A stretch of DNA of 63,648 nt, counting the filler, from Reclinomonas americana ATCC 50394 (Eukaryota): the NCBI GenBank assembly GCA_048213135.1. It is 18 parts of 18 records of this genome, joined end to end, with 100 filler letters (N's around TTAATTAATTAA, not from the genome) between each part and the next. Parts side by side here need not be neighbours in the genome. Positions count along the whole stretch, not along the records: positions 3,220 to 19,352 come from AFZH01018202.1; positions 19,453 to 22,133 come from AFZH01018203.1; positions 22,234 to 25,516 come from AFZH01018206.1; 15 more parts are not named here. One strand, 5' to 3'. Below are positions 10,545 to 23,347 of this stretch, piece by piece. Every line of letters starts with the position of its first letter. Position 1 is the stretch's first letter. The notes below the pieces were generated by a model, which was given only the letters and a program-made list of their open reading frames with translations, did no database searches and had not been told where the DNA came from. The translations under genes were made by a program, and so were the position numbers.

Positions 10545-13500
10545 ATGGCCACTCTCAACTCGCTCAACCAGGAGCTGGACGCACAGCTGCTCATTGGAGG
10601 GCAAAGGGTGTGCATGCGTGTTGCCCCTCCCCCCCTTCACAACACGCACATTCTCTCTCTCTCTCTCTCACACGCAAAACACACAGCACGTGTCACAACC
10701 GCGGTTTCAGCCTTATCCCGTCTCAGGCGACAGGTCAATCAAAACACGCACACACTCATTATCGCGCGCACACAACTCATCTCTTTGTGGCACACAGTGG
10801 AGGGCGATCTGTGACAGGCAAGAAGCAGCGACGATCATCGGTGAGTGTTCACACACGCACAGGCCATACATTGATTGAGGGGAGTTGTCAATCTCATTAT
10901 TATCAGAGCTCCACTGGCGAGACCAAGCCCACTGGCGTTCGTCGTTCCTGTGCGTCCCACGTGTCCTCTCGCTGTCTATATGCGTGTGTTTGTGTGAAAG
11001 TGACACGAGAGTGTGTGCGTGTCGCAGCGTCGGCAGGCAGCAGTGGATTGGCACGAAAACCATCGGTGAGTTTGAGTGCTCCACAACAGTGAACAGAACT
11101 GAGTCGCTCACTGAAGACGAGAGCAGTCGAGTGCGGTGCCTGGTGGTAAGCCAGCAGCAGCAGCAGCAGCAGCAGCGACAAAGGGCAAATCGCAACAAAA
11201 GGCGACGGCGACGCAGCAACCGCAGTCGCATGTGATCTCGCATGTGCCGCTGGCGGGCCCGCAACCGACGTCGTCGTCGGTGTTTGTCAGTCGTCAGCAC
11301 ACGTCGTTGGCACGCAAGCCGTTGCGTTTCATCATCATCATCATCAGCATCATCATCAGCGGCAATAGCTCACCTCGTTGCGTTTTTGTAGAACGAGCCG
11401 CATGGCGTCGACCAGGCAGTCGGCGATGCGGGAGCCGGTGATTGTGGACGGGCATCGCATCAGTCGGCTGCCGGGCGTGATTCCGGGTGCCATGGCCACG
11501 TCGGTGGGCACCTCGCGGTCGCACAGTCATATTCAGCACAATCACCGGCCAGTCGCCAATGGGAATGGTGGCGGAGGCGTCGGCAGCTTCAACATTAGTG
11601 CCAGTGACGGCGCCGTACCGTACCGACCGCGATCTGCTCCAGGTGGACAGCGACGAGTCTCTGGTGGTCCGCGCGATCCAAGTTGCGTCCTCTTCCCTCT
11701 CTCACTCTCATGATGTGCGCTCTCTCCCGTTCTCACCACTCGTGAATGACCTGCAGGTCCGGTGAATCCACGACCCTCCACCGCCACTGTCTCACCGTCG
11801 AAACTGCCGAGGCGGCCTGTTGTGGTACCGAAAGCTCCCCGTGCGGTGTGGGTCGACGAAGACACTCGGTTCGCTCATCCGGCAGCCCACTTCTCCCGCC
11901 CTTATTCGTCACTCACTCTCTTCCTCGCCACTGTTAGTCACGATCGGGCACTGACGGCGGCCGAACTGCGAGCTCCTGCCGCGCCTGCCACCAATGGCGG
12001 CCATGCGCGTTATCACGAACCATTTGCCTTTATCGACGACGTGCCCGACATGGACATGGACGGCGACGATCAGCAGCACAGTTTTGTCGATGGGGGAATG
12101 ATGGCCGACTACCTGGCTGCCTCGGAGGCCATTCGCGCCGCACCATCCATGCCATCGGCCGTCGCCGCTGCTTACACCAACGGCACCAACGGCTACCACG
12201 GCGGCGCCTACAATCCTCCTCCTCAGCACCAACACTATGAGCACGATCATCACCAGCGGGCACCATACGAAGACGTCATGATGGGCACCGACCACGGTGG
12301 CATGCATGCCAACGGCAAGCACTTTGTGGTGGACGAGTATCACGGCGATGGCGGTGGTCGTGCGCACGATGCTGGCGGCATCGACTACGACTCTGGTGGC
12401 ACGAGCGGCGTGTCGAGTGCAAACGGAATGCACAGTGGCGCCGGAGGAAGATCGCATGAGCGCTCCGTCGACCGCCTGACGATGCTAAAGGAGGCCACTC
12501 GTCGATTGACAGAGCGATTGGCGGGCATTGGGCAGACGAGGAGAGCAGCGCCGCCGGCGACGGTGCCCGAGTCGATTGCGGCCAGCGCACTGCCACAGCC
12601 GGCTCCCAATTCGTCGCTGTCGGCCAGTTTGCGCTCCTTCCACTCGGACGAGACCACCACTCGCGGAGGCCAGTTGCTGTTCTTTCAACAGTCCGGTCGC
12701 TTGGATCAGTCGGGTGGTGGCACGGCGCCGCCGTCATTCTACTTTCGCGGTGGCGCCGATTCATTTCCGGCTCCGCCGCCACCCGCGGATCCACTGCCGA
12801 TGCCCAAGGCTGCGGCGAACGGCGCCGTCAAGAGCACGGCAGCTATCGATGCGCGACGACAGCACGCTGTGCCAGCCGACCAGCAGATGCAAGTCAGCGA
12901 CATTATGGATGCCGACGAGGTGTACGAGGACCGGGACCGCCACGTCAGTGCGCCTACAATGGTCTCCGGTCCGCGGTCGTCCGCTTTCACGGCTCCAATG
13001 GCGGTGAGTGGCAGACACGCGAACACACATGCGCCTCGTCATTCTTTTCATATTATTCACTTGGCTTCTTTGTTTGTGCACCAGTCGCCATCGCTGTTGC
13101 CGCTGCCCATGTCGCGACTGGACGGAGTAACACCACCAGAAATGCCGGCACTCTTCATGCGGTACAATGGGCGCGCCGGCGCGGCCGCTGCTCGCGAACG
13201 AGGCACCGACGCCAACGAGTTGCGGCAGCTGTTGGGTGCGGCGGAGTTTGAGCGCGAAGAGAAGGTGCAGGCGGAGCGCGATGAGTTGCGCTTTGCCGCC
13301 GTACTTTCGCACAAGAATCGCAACCAGCAAGCTGCGCCATCGAGGCTGGCCGTGGAGCACGCTGCCGCGGAGAGTGATGCAGGGGACACACACGCGGCGG
13401 CCATGTTGGTGTCGCATGCGGGTGCGCGATCACCAACGTCGATGCGCCAGCTGCTGTTCTCGGACAATGATGAGGCGGAGACGGCGGCTACTGCCGCTGC

Positions 13501-16500
13501 CGCCATGGTGGTGATGTCGAGCGACGGCGATCCTTTGTCTGCGTCTGGTGGATCACCGACACGTGTGACGGCGCGTGTCCCGCTGGCCACATTGTCGAAT
13601 GATGCACAGGCACGCAGTGCCGCATCGGCAGCGTCGTCGTCCACTGGCATTCCCGGATCTGCATTTTCGAGTGTGCGCCACGCACCGGAGAGCAGAACGC
13701 ACGACGTGCACGCCATCGGTAGCAACGGCATGCCAGCCGATTCTGTGGGTCCGTCGGCCTCACAGCAGCGACTTGCACCAGAGCAACTGCAACGCAAGTT
13801 GCGATTGCTCCTATTGTGTCGCTGCAGCGATGAAGAGGACTAACACATATGTTGCTTGCAGTCTGTTCGCCCACATGCAGTTGCTCGAGTCGTTCACTGA
13901 TGCCGAGGTGCAACTCGCGCACTTGGAGCGCATGCGATCGGTTGCATTTGCGCAGTCGGAGACTGCCATGTTTCGTGTCCTTGTTTTTCTTGATACATGT
14001 TGCGCGTCTATTCTCCTGACATGGTCTCTCGGCACAGGACGGCCAATGCGTACTTGTACCAGGAGATGGAGCATGAGCGACTGCTCGATGCCCAGCGTGT
14101 TGCGTACGATCTTTGTCGTCGACAATTTCCGTGTAATGCTTCTTACTTGTCGTATGCAGAACGCCGACGCGCACTCGAGACACGTGGCCGAGTTGCAAGC
14201 CGACCACGAGCGACAGTTGCAACACATGGCTGCCCGCGATTCAGCTGCTCAAACCGACGCACCATTGCCACCGCCTCCGTCTCCACCGCCCCCACCACCA
14301 CCGGCGACTTCCAACCGATCTACGTCGCCGGTCGCCGCCGTGCTCGACACTGCGTCAGTGCCTGTCAACAGACTGTTGGAGCAGGTGCGACGGCTGTGCT
14401 TGCTGATTTCTCCCACGTGTTGCTCACCACGCCCTTTGTCGACAGGCGCCTGCGAAACTTGGCGATCACTTGCTGCAAATGGAAATCGATCGGGAGGCCT
14501 CCGTTCTCCAGATGCTCGATCACAGGGAGCGCACTCTCGGCACCATTGTACAGGCCGAGATTCAGCACCTGGACGCCTCTCTGGCGAAGCTGCCGGCCGC
14601 CTCTCCTGCAGCGCAAGCTCTGACTGCGCGCCGTCAAACTCTGTTGCACCAATTGGCGCGCGAGCGAGCCGAGATTCAGCAAGTGCGCGACGACTGCCGC
14701 ACCGAGTCTCTCCGTCAGCGAATCCTCATCGAGCGGCAATTGGCGCAAATCGAGGCGGTGAGTTGCAGGTCGCTGTTTGCCTCCTCCTTCTCGATCTCAC
14801 GCATTCATTCGTGTCGCAGATGAACCACTCGGACGAGTTCTTGGCGTCGCTGGAGAACGCCGACGGGGGCGCCGTGGAGCCAGTATCGTTTGCGCTCAGC
14901 AAGCGATCCGTCACTCCGCCGCTTCCTGCAGCGGGAGGCAGCAGTCTTGGACCGCGGTCTCTCACGATTCTGCAACTTGAGGCGCAGCTGCGGCATCGAG
15001 ACGAGCAGATTGCACAGTTGTTGGCCGAACGGGAGGAGCACGCGCTCGACAAAGCGCGCAAGAAGGAGCTGAAGGCGCAAAAGAAGGACAAGGGAGACAA
15101 GTCACCGAAGGACAAGAAGAAGGACAAGGGTGAGAAGTCGCCGAAGGACAAGAAGAAGAAGGACAAGGGAGACAAGTCGCCGAAGGACAAGAAGAAGGAC
15201 AAGGGAGACAAGGATGGGAAGAAGGAGAAGAAGGACAAGGATGCCAAGTCACCGAAAGACAAGAAGGACAAGGACAAGAAGGACAAGGAGAAGAAAGACA
15301 AGAAGAAAGATGCCGACGAGCATGGAGTTGCGTTGCTTTCTTGCTCTGTGCAACAGTCACATCGGTTGTTGCTAACCCTGGCGCAGGAACCTGAGTCGGA
15401 CCTCTCATCATCATCACCAGCGGTCTCACATGTCGACAGTCCGCAGCAACTGGCGGTCGCGACAAGGTCGCCTGTGCTGGCGCGTGGCAAGTCGCCCTCA
15501 CCTCCGCCACCTCAAGTATCAACAGCACCGTCTCAGACGTTGAGGTCACTGGCCACATCGCCGTCGTCTGTTGCGCCACCGAAACATTCGCCGTCCCACA
15601 CCAAGAAGCAAGACTCCATCGGCGGCGGCGGCGGCGGTCTTGTTGCCGGTCGACCGTTGGCAGTGGGCCCCGCACACACGGCTGGTGCGACTCGTCCAAG
15701 TGCGCATCCGAGCTCGGGCGAGGATGACGTGTCGGAGGAAGACTTTTTGGCCAGCAACAACGAGGGTGACGAAGAAGAGATGGTGTCGGAAGATGTTGGA
15801 TTTGAGGAGGAGGACGACGACGATGATGACGATGACGATGGTGGTCGCGGCTCAGGACATCTCGACCTCATGATTCGCGGCACCGCGATCTTGCCGCCCA
15901 AGACGACGACGACGACGGCGCCTGTCACCGCCGCTCCCGCCGCAACACGCAAGGTCGACCCATCGTCAGCAGCAGCACGGGCGACGAGTGGTGGCGCCAA
16001 GTCTGGAGGCGGCCAGCCGCAAGCTTCACTGCGTCCCGCTGCAGCATCACCGCTGCAACGTGGCGGTCCGGCTTCCGTGGTCAGCAATCTCCGTTCAAAA
16101 ATGGCCAGCGACGACGATGAGAGCGAGGGCGAGGTCTCGGAGGAGGAGATCGAAGTGGGCGACGACGCCGACGAGTCGGGCTCGGTGGTGGAATCGAGCG
16201 GCATTGAGTCGGATGTCGATCACTTTGCGCCGACCGCACCGGCAGGTCGTGGCAAGCTGGCCCCTGGCTCGTTGACTGCCAATCAACGAATCGCTGCAGC
16301 AGTGGCAAGCCCTGCCTCGTCGGCTGAGATTCGCACCAGCGCAGAGTATTCGGAGCAGCCGAGTGATGGTGCCGGTCATCTGTCGAGCGCCGTGGAGGAT
16401 GACTTTGAAGGGGAAGAAGACGAGGATTATGACGATGGCGAGGTCGACCAACATCGTCGCCCATTGCCGCACGGCACGACCGCCAAGGGTGTTGCGTTGC

Positions 16501-19352
16501 AGCATGGTCGCCATCGACATAGCGACACGGATGAGATTGAGGAGAGCAGTGGGTTTGAGGTCGACGACGAGGCCAGCGAGTCGGAGGGGATTGACGACGA
16601 TGTTGTTGATGATGGTGACGACTTTGACGACGGCCTTGACGATGGTGTCGAGGAGTCGATTGTGGTCTGTCTTGTTGTGTGCTGAGGGTGACTGTCATCT
16701 CTGTACTGGTTCTCATTCCCTTCTTGCCGATCACAGCGTGGGTCACGACAGTATGTCACGGACTCGTCAGAAATCGTTGAGTCGGCGGTCGAGTACTCGG
16801 AAGCGACCGACGAGCACGACGGGCTGGAGGACGAAGAGCCGAGCGATGCGTTTGAGGTTCCATCGGACGAGGCCGGCTTTGCTTCCGCGTCGCCAGTGGG
16901 CATGTCGCGTGGCAAGCATTCTCGGGAGACGCCGTCGGATGCGGTGGTGGACAGCGAGTCGGAGATTGCCGGAGCGTCTGCGAGCGACATCAATGACAGC
17001 GAGTTGCGTTTGCTTTGCCATACTGTGACCGATAATTTGTAGGATGATGTGTTTCGCTGAAACAACAACTCATTTGCGCGTGCAGTGTGGTCGAGGAGGA
17101 GACCGACTATTCGAGTGCTGGGTTCGAACGGGACACATCAACGAGTCGCATCGTGAAGCCGCGACACCTTCCTGGACGCATGAGCAGCGACCAGTCGGTG
17201 GGGTCGTCGATTGGCGAAGCAGTGGTGGATGACGATGGTGATGAAGTGGACGACGACAGTGGCGAGGTGGAGTCGGCCAGTGATTTGCCGCAGTTGCGTG
17301 AGGGGTTGGAATCGTTGATTTATTGTTGTTGCTCACTGATTCTGTGTTGACACAGCGAGTCGCACTCGAGTGCTGCGGAGGTCGAAGAGGAGAATCCCAC
17401 GGCAGACGAGGAGGACGAGTATTCGAGCGGTTTCGAAGAGGTGGCGACCAGTGTGGCCACGTCGTTCGAAGGACCACCGGCCAAGTGCGTTTCTTTGAGG
17501 CCATTCTGTGTGTGCCTTACTCCACGATTCTCATGCATCGCCACGCCTCCTCAGACGCGATCGCACACCGACGGCGCTGGTTGGAGCCGGGCGGTTGCAC
17601 CGATCGCCTCCACGTGACTCGATCGAAGAGGATGTAATGGAGGATGAGTACTCGAGCGAGTTCGAGGGCACAACAGACATTGGCACATCGTTGGAGGGTC
17701 CCGCCACTCAACAGTGCGTGTTCGATGAGAGAAACAAGTGAGGACGAGGTGATGACAAACTCATGGCGACTTTTTGCAGTATGTTGTCACCTCTATCGGC
17801 ACACAAGCCTGCGGCGCCGACGAGGTCGGTGGGCAACGCGAGTGTTGAAGATGACGACGACGACGATGAGTATTCGAGTTCGTTCGAGCAGCCGACCAGT
17901 GTCGCCACCTCGGCTGAACTTCCGAGTCTTGCTGCCGCCAAGACGCCGACGCCTGCCACCGCCATTGCTGCTGCTGGCGCGACTCCGCCAGTGCGTCGCA
18001 GTGCCGGCGACGACGATGAGTATTCGAGCGAATTCGAGGCCCCTTCCAGTGTGGCGACCTCGCTGGAGGACACCAAGGGGTTGCGTCTCGTTATCGTCGT
18101 AAAATGTGTGTGTATGTTTGCGCGTGACTTATGTATGACGCAGGGCGGGACGACTGCTGCCGCCGGCGGGCACTGCTGCCGCAGCCGTTCATCTCTCTCT
18201 CGACACGCGCGACTTGAGTAAGCAAGTTGACGAGAGTGGGGATGCGTCGAGCACGTTTGAGCGCGCCACGAGCATTGCCACGTCGATCGACGAGACGGCC
18301 AAGTTGCGCGCACGCTCTCTTTCGATCCTCTCTCTCGCTTGTGGTGACGCTCACTCATCCTTGTTTTTTACCACCATGGCAGTCGCACGCGCCTTGTTGG
18401 GATCGACGATGAGGACGACTTGCGGTACTCGGTCACCAGCAACGACATTTCGTCCATGTCGGTGGGCGGTCGCGCACCGCTGTCACTGCCGGAGTCGCCG
18501 GCCGCCGTCGCCCTGCCGTCCCCATCGCCGGCACCCCAGGTGCCTCCGCCGGCCTCTGCCCCGCCAAGTCTGCTGTCGCCGCTGTCCCTCGGTCCGCCGT
18601 CCCCACCACCGGCCGTCGCGTCGCCAGTGGCGGTGGATCGCGATGCACTGGCCACCGACGTCGCCAACTCGATTGTCGACGACATGCTGGAGGAGGCGGT
18701 GCGTTCGTACGTCACCTCACGCGACGCGCCGGAACGACACGAGAAGCTGCAACGCCTGTCCACACCCCCGGGAGCTGCGCTCGCCGCTGCTGCCGCCGCC
18801 TCCCCCCACTCTCTGCTCACACTGCAATTGCGTTCGCCGCCACCGGTGCTCCCGTCGGCCGTGTCACCACCCATTTCGCCGCGCACGCGTGCAAGAAATG
18901 CCGCGATGGAGCGCGCCAGTGCGCTCTCGGCGGCCTCCGAACTGTCGTCGCTCTCCCGCCTCTCCTCGCTCGATCTCGCCACCTCCACCGGCAGTGGCGC
19001 CGGCCAGCCGGCTCTCTCACCGCGTCTGTTGAGTGCCGGCCCGCCGGCCAGCTCACCCGAGTTGTCGCCACGGCGTCGCCTGCCGGTGCACCTGGAGACC
19101 AACATCTCCATGCCCGACCCCACCGCCACCCACCACCACGTGGCGCCGGCAGTGGCACCGCCGCCGCCGCTGTCGGTGACACCTACCTCGCCCAAATCGC
19201 CCCCCGGCAGCTCGCCCAAGTCACCTGTGTCGCCGGCGGCGGCCGATGGGGGTGTGGCCAGCCACAGTGGACCACCACTCAGTCGACTCGAGCAGCGGCT
19301 GCGGAAAATGGGCTCAGGCGACGCCGTGGACCGCCTCTCGGAGGCCCTCTCT
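10545..19352 (+). CDS. CEP350: CEP350/CAP350-like centriolar protein, multi-exon, 3' end in gap
   Basis: LAPEQLQRNLFAHMQLLESFTDAEVQLAHLERMRSVAFAQSE and LQMEIDREASVLQMLDHRERTLGTIVQAEIQHL...RQTLLHQLARERAEIQQV resemble, from memory, the two conserved CEP350 coiled-coil blocks; ATDVANSIVDDMLEEAV resembles the C-terminal helices. The rest is low-complexity. Start codon uncertain. Confidence 0.65.
15081..15310 (+). repeat. coding tandem repeat KKDKGDKSPKD
   Basis: Imperfect ~33-nt repeats AAGAAGGACAAGGGAGACAAGTCGCCGAAGGAC within the large ORF. Confidence 0.9.
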
Positions 19353-19452
19353 NNNNNNNNNNNNNNNNNNNNNNNNNNNNNNNNNNNNNNNNNNNNTTAA
19401 TTAATTAANNNNNNNNNNNNNNNNNNNNNNNNNNNNNNNNNNNNNNNNNNNN

Positions 19453-19810
19453 TGGGCGAGTGCGCGGATTCGTTGGTGGCGTTTGCCGCCAAGTCGGGGA
19501 TATCATGAAGCGGGGGTGGGGAGTGTAAGATGGGTGAAATTATGTGAAGGGGTGGGTGGGTGGGGGGGAGGGAGGGGGGAGGGAGAAGGAGGGAGGGGGA
19601 ACGTGTGGCAACGTGGATTCTATGCTGACGAAGACTTCCATTTGTTTGTCGTGTGGGAATAATGTTCCACAGGCCTCCGGCATTCGGCATTCAACGAACA
19701 CGAGATTTCGAGAAGGACCTGCACCATCTTGTGCCGCCAGGCATTCGTACCAGCTTTCCTTGTGGAGGGTGGGGACGGGGGGCATTGCGAACGGAATTTG
19801 CAATTGTGTC
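19453..19810 (-). CDS. fragment of an unidentified gene running into the gap
   Basis: Exon-like block ...LHKESWYECLAAQDGAGPSRNLVFVECRMPEACGTLFPHDKQMEVFVSIESTLPH bounded by pyrimidine-rich intron-like sequence. Confidence 0.3.
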
Positions 19811-19991
19811 CAAATTTCTTAAGTGAAAAAATGGTGAGGCGGTAAGAAAAACAGAGACACGCAATGCCTGTCATGCGCAGAGACCATGCAGCACGATGAT
19901 GCAGAAGTCCATGATGCGCATTCTTCACGCCCAGTCAGAATCTGTCGCCATTCCATTGAACATGATTTCACAACAACCATGGATGGTGTTT

Positions 19992-22088
19992 TCACTCAAC
20001 TAGGAAAACCTCGTAGTCAGCCACTTGGAAGTACGCGGATCCCATTAATGTCTCACTGTCACATGCTCCACCATCAGTGCTCTGATACGCGTACGGAAGG
20101 TTACTCCTGCTGTTGGTGTTGCTATTGCAGTTGTCGACCAAGCAAAGATCACTGCCACCAAAGACAGGTCCACATGAAGAACTGTGTTGAACGGCATGCT
20201 GCTTCTTGTCATCCTTCAGTGCAAATAGTCGCGCACTTGCACCACTCCATGATGCCGAGAACAAAAAGCTGGCGCGAGAATAGTCGGTGCCATAGCTGCC
20301 AGACTCCGGAGAGGCCCAGGTGACAGGCGTGTACCCGCCGCACACTCGTCCCGTCGACGACTTGACCACAACCAGCGTCGCACTGCAGAATCATTAAACA
20401 TTGAGCACAACACGCTGCTTCTCACTCCCCTGGCTGCTCAGTCACTCACTTCGAATATCTGTGGTCGAATCGCTGATGAAACGTGGCGGCAGCAAACCCA
20501 TCTCGACTGCCCCTCAATAGCAACGTCAGCTTGGGCACTCGCGCTTGCGACCTCATTCCCAACCATCGAGGATTCGAATACTCGCGAGCTATTGCTTCTA
20601 CTTGTTGTACCCATTGCAGCACCACTCGTGCATCCGCCACGCTCAGCAGATCGCTTTTGATCACCTTCTCCACTCGCTCGCGTTCCTCTCGTTCCCTGGC
20701 ATTACGCTCACGCTCCTCTCGCTCTCCGGCTTCACGCTCTCGCTCCTCTCGCTCTCGGACCCGCCGCTCGCGTTCAGTTGCCTCGCATTCCTGCATAGCT
20801 CGCACATGCAACTCCAATGGCTCGAAACGGGCGAGCAGCTGCATAGAAATTGTGACCAGAATGAGAGAAGGTGATGCACTCGAACCCACTGGCGATGACA
20901 GACCTGAGAAACACCTCTCTCCAGGGTTTCACGCAGACGCTGCTCAGTGTGTTTGGAAGCCCGTCTCTCTTCTCGTTCAGTCGCCAGTTGCTGGCGGCAT
21001 TCGACAAGAATTCCCATACACTCGGCAAGGCGCCCCTCAACATCCTGTCTTGCCTGTTGTTCGTGAGCAAGCTGCTGGCGGCATAGTACCAGCTGCCCAT
21101 GAACAGCCTGCAGAGCAGCTTGTCTCGTTTGTTGTTCACAAACTAGGCGCTCATCTGTGGCTTGTCTCGCCTCCCTTTCCTGTGCCAGCTGCTCCCTGCT
21201 CTCAGACACCATCTGGGAGAGCTCTCGCACTCGGCCATGAAGCTGTGCACACAACCAAGAGCAACATCAGCTGCATGAATGACCAGTGGCATTCACCACC
21301 CATCACTGTAAACTCACTTCTCGCAGCGGTCGCTCCACTCGCAACACATCACATACTCGCTCATGCTCCTCCCTCTCACCACCGATGCCACGCCATCCAC
21401 ACCCCAGCTCCCCACCACGACACACCGTGTGCTGCAACTGACACTCCGTTTCTGCCACGAGAGAATAAAGAGACTCCACATCAGTGTCCTGATTCACGTC
21501 TTCACACCTCTGGCCATCAAGCACACTCACCAAGATGCCGCTGCATCTCCGCTAATGAACACTGGTGCTGGCATCCACGCGGACACCCTCGCATACACCC
21601 ACTCCAGCTGTGCTCCACCATCTCACTCAGAGCCATCCTTGCTCCACACCCGAGCGGGCATTCTCGCAAGCATCCACTCCACTCGTGCTCCGCCGTGTGA
21701 TCCAGTGTCATCTGCTGTCCACATCTCTCGCATCCATGCGGGCACTGCGAGGGGCCATGGGTGCGGTAATAGTCACCCACCGTCTGCTCATCTACCAGTG
21801 AGGAGAGAGAAGCCAAGACAATCAACTCTCAATGAGACAACAAACCATGGGTGCGTGGCACAGCGGGCATGTGATCTGTGGTGCTGTCTCATGTCAACAT
21901 CACTGTCAACTTGCCTGCACTCTTCTCCGACAACAAGCACAACCAACCTTTACATTGCGGTACGTCAGTAAGATCCGAGGCAGTGCCTGGTGCACAGTAG
22001 CCAGCGACGTGACTCCATCGCCACACAGATCCGATCCAGCCTCCGTCACGTGCTCACTGTCGTTTGAATCCAACAAAGAGAGAAGCAA
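19992..22088 (-). CDS. RING/TRAF-type zinc finger + coiled coil + TLDc domain protein, 5' incomplete
   Basis: TLDc signatures LLLRGSRDGFAAATFHQ, STGRVCGGYT, SFLFS, GPVFGGSDL, FQVADYEVF; upstream ITCPLCHAPM, CPLGCGARM..EH..SGC, CPRGC..MQRHLGEC and LGCGWRG..EEHERVC; intervening E/R-rich coiled coil. Confidence 0.85.
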
Positions 22089-22946
22089 GTCAGTGCACAG
22101 CTTGCTCTCTCAATCTCTCTCTCTCTCTCTCTCNNNNNNNNNNNNNNNNNNNNNNNNNNNNNNNNNNNNNNNNNNNNTTAATTAATTAANNNNNNNNNNN
22201 NNNNNNNNNNNNNNNNNNNNNNNNNNNNNNNNNCTCACACACACACATACATACACACACATTGCATTGCTTTTCTCGAATGCAGAGAGCACACAGAGAG
22301 CGATGAGTGTGAAAAGAGGAGCATGTATCTTTGTTCTCTTCTTTGCCTCCACTCTCCTCTCTCGTACATTCCTACTTTCTTTTCTTCCTTGGCTTCCTCC
22401 ATTCCGAGACAGATGTGAAGCAACTAGCGAAGAGATGGAAAAGAGAAGAAGAAGGGAGAGACAGGTAGAAATGAGTGAGCACTGAACAGGGGCGAGAGGC
22501 GAAGTGGAGAAGAAATGCAAGAGAAGGAGCGATTGTATCTGAGAGGAGACACACAGGAGAAGATAATGCACCGAGCGGAGAGACGGGAGGAGAGGAGTAT
22601 GAGTGAGTGGGAGCCATCTTCACTCTGCTCTTCCCTTTCCAATTCTATTGCTGCACCCTCTCGTCACTTCCACCTCTCGACTGACTCATTTCTTCTTTTC
22701 TGTCTCCTCCTCTGCCATTGCTCCACTCTCCTCGTGTCTTCTCTCCAACTTTCTCTCGCTAATCTCTCCTCTCCATCTTTCCATGCACACACACACATAC
22801 ACTCTTGCTCACAAACCACTCATTCACTTTCACGCTAACACACTCACACACACGCGTACACTGCACTGCGCATGAAGCTCAGTGGCGCGAAGTCATGCTC
22901 TATTGCCCCCTTTGAGCCTTTCTCACCACCCTTTCCCTCCTCGCAG

Positions 22947-23232
22947 CTACTCCGCCTTCCTCATTCTCTACCCCTCCGGCGTGTTCTGCGAATGGTCCCT
23001 GGTCTACCTCGGCCTGCCGTACCTCGCCGAGACGCGCCCGTACACCATCGACATGCCGAACACATTCAACATGACGTTCGACTACTACTCGGTGCTGCTG
23101 TGCGCCCTGCCGCTGTACCTGCCCGGATTCCCGCTCCTCTTCAAGACCATGCTGGCCAGTCGCAAGCGCTACCTCTTCCCCCGCGAGGCAGTGCAGAGCG
23201 CCGCCGCCGCCGACGCCAAGAAGACAAAATAA
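22947..23232 (+). CDS. HACD: very-long-chain 3-hydroxyacyl-CoA dehydratase (HACD/PHS1/PTPLA), last exon
   Basis: YSAFLILYPSGVFCE carries the catalytic Tyr and Glu; MPNTFNMTFDY, LYLPGFPLLFKTMLASRKR and a C-terminal KKTK ER-retrieval signal. Confidence 0.92.
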
Positions 23233-23347
23233 ATCAATCACCCCGACTCGTAGACTGACCGATAATCAAACAAACAAGCGCTTTATTCTCTCTTTTCTCT
23301 TTCTCTTCTGTCTCTGCCTATGTACAGACACGCGCACGTACTATCTA

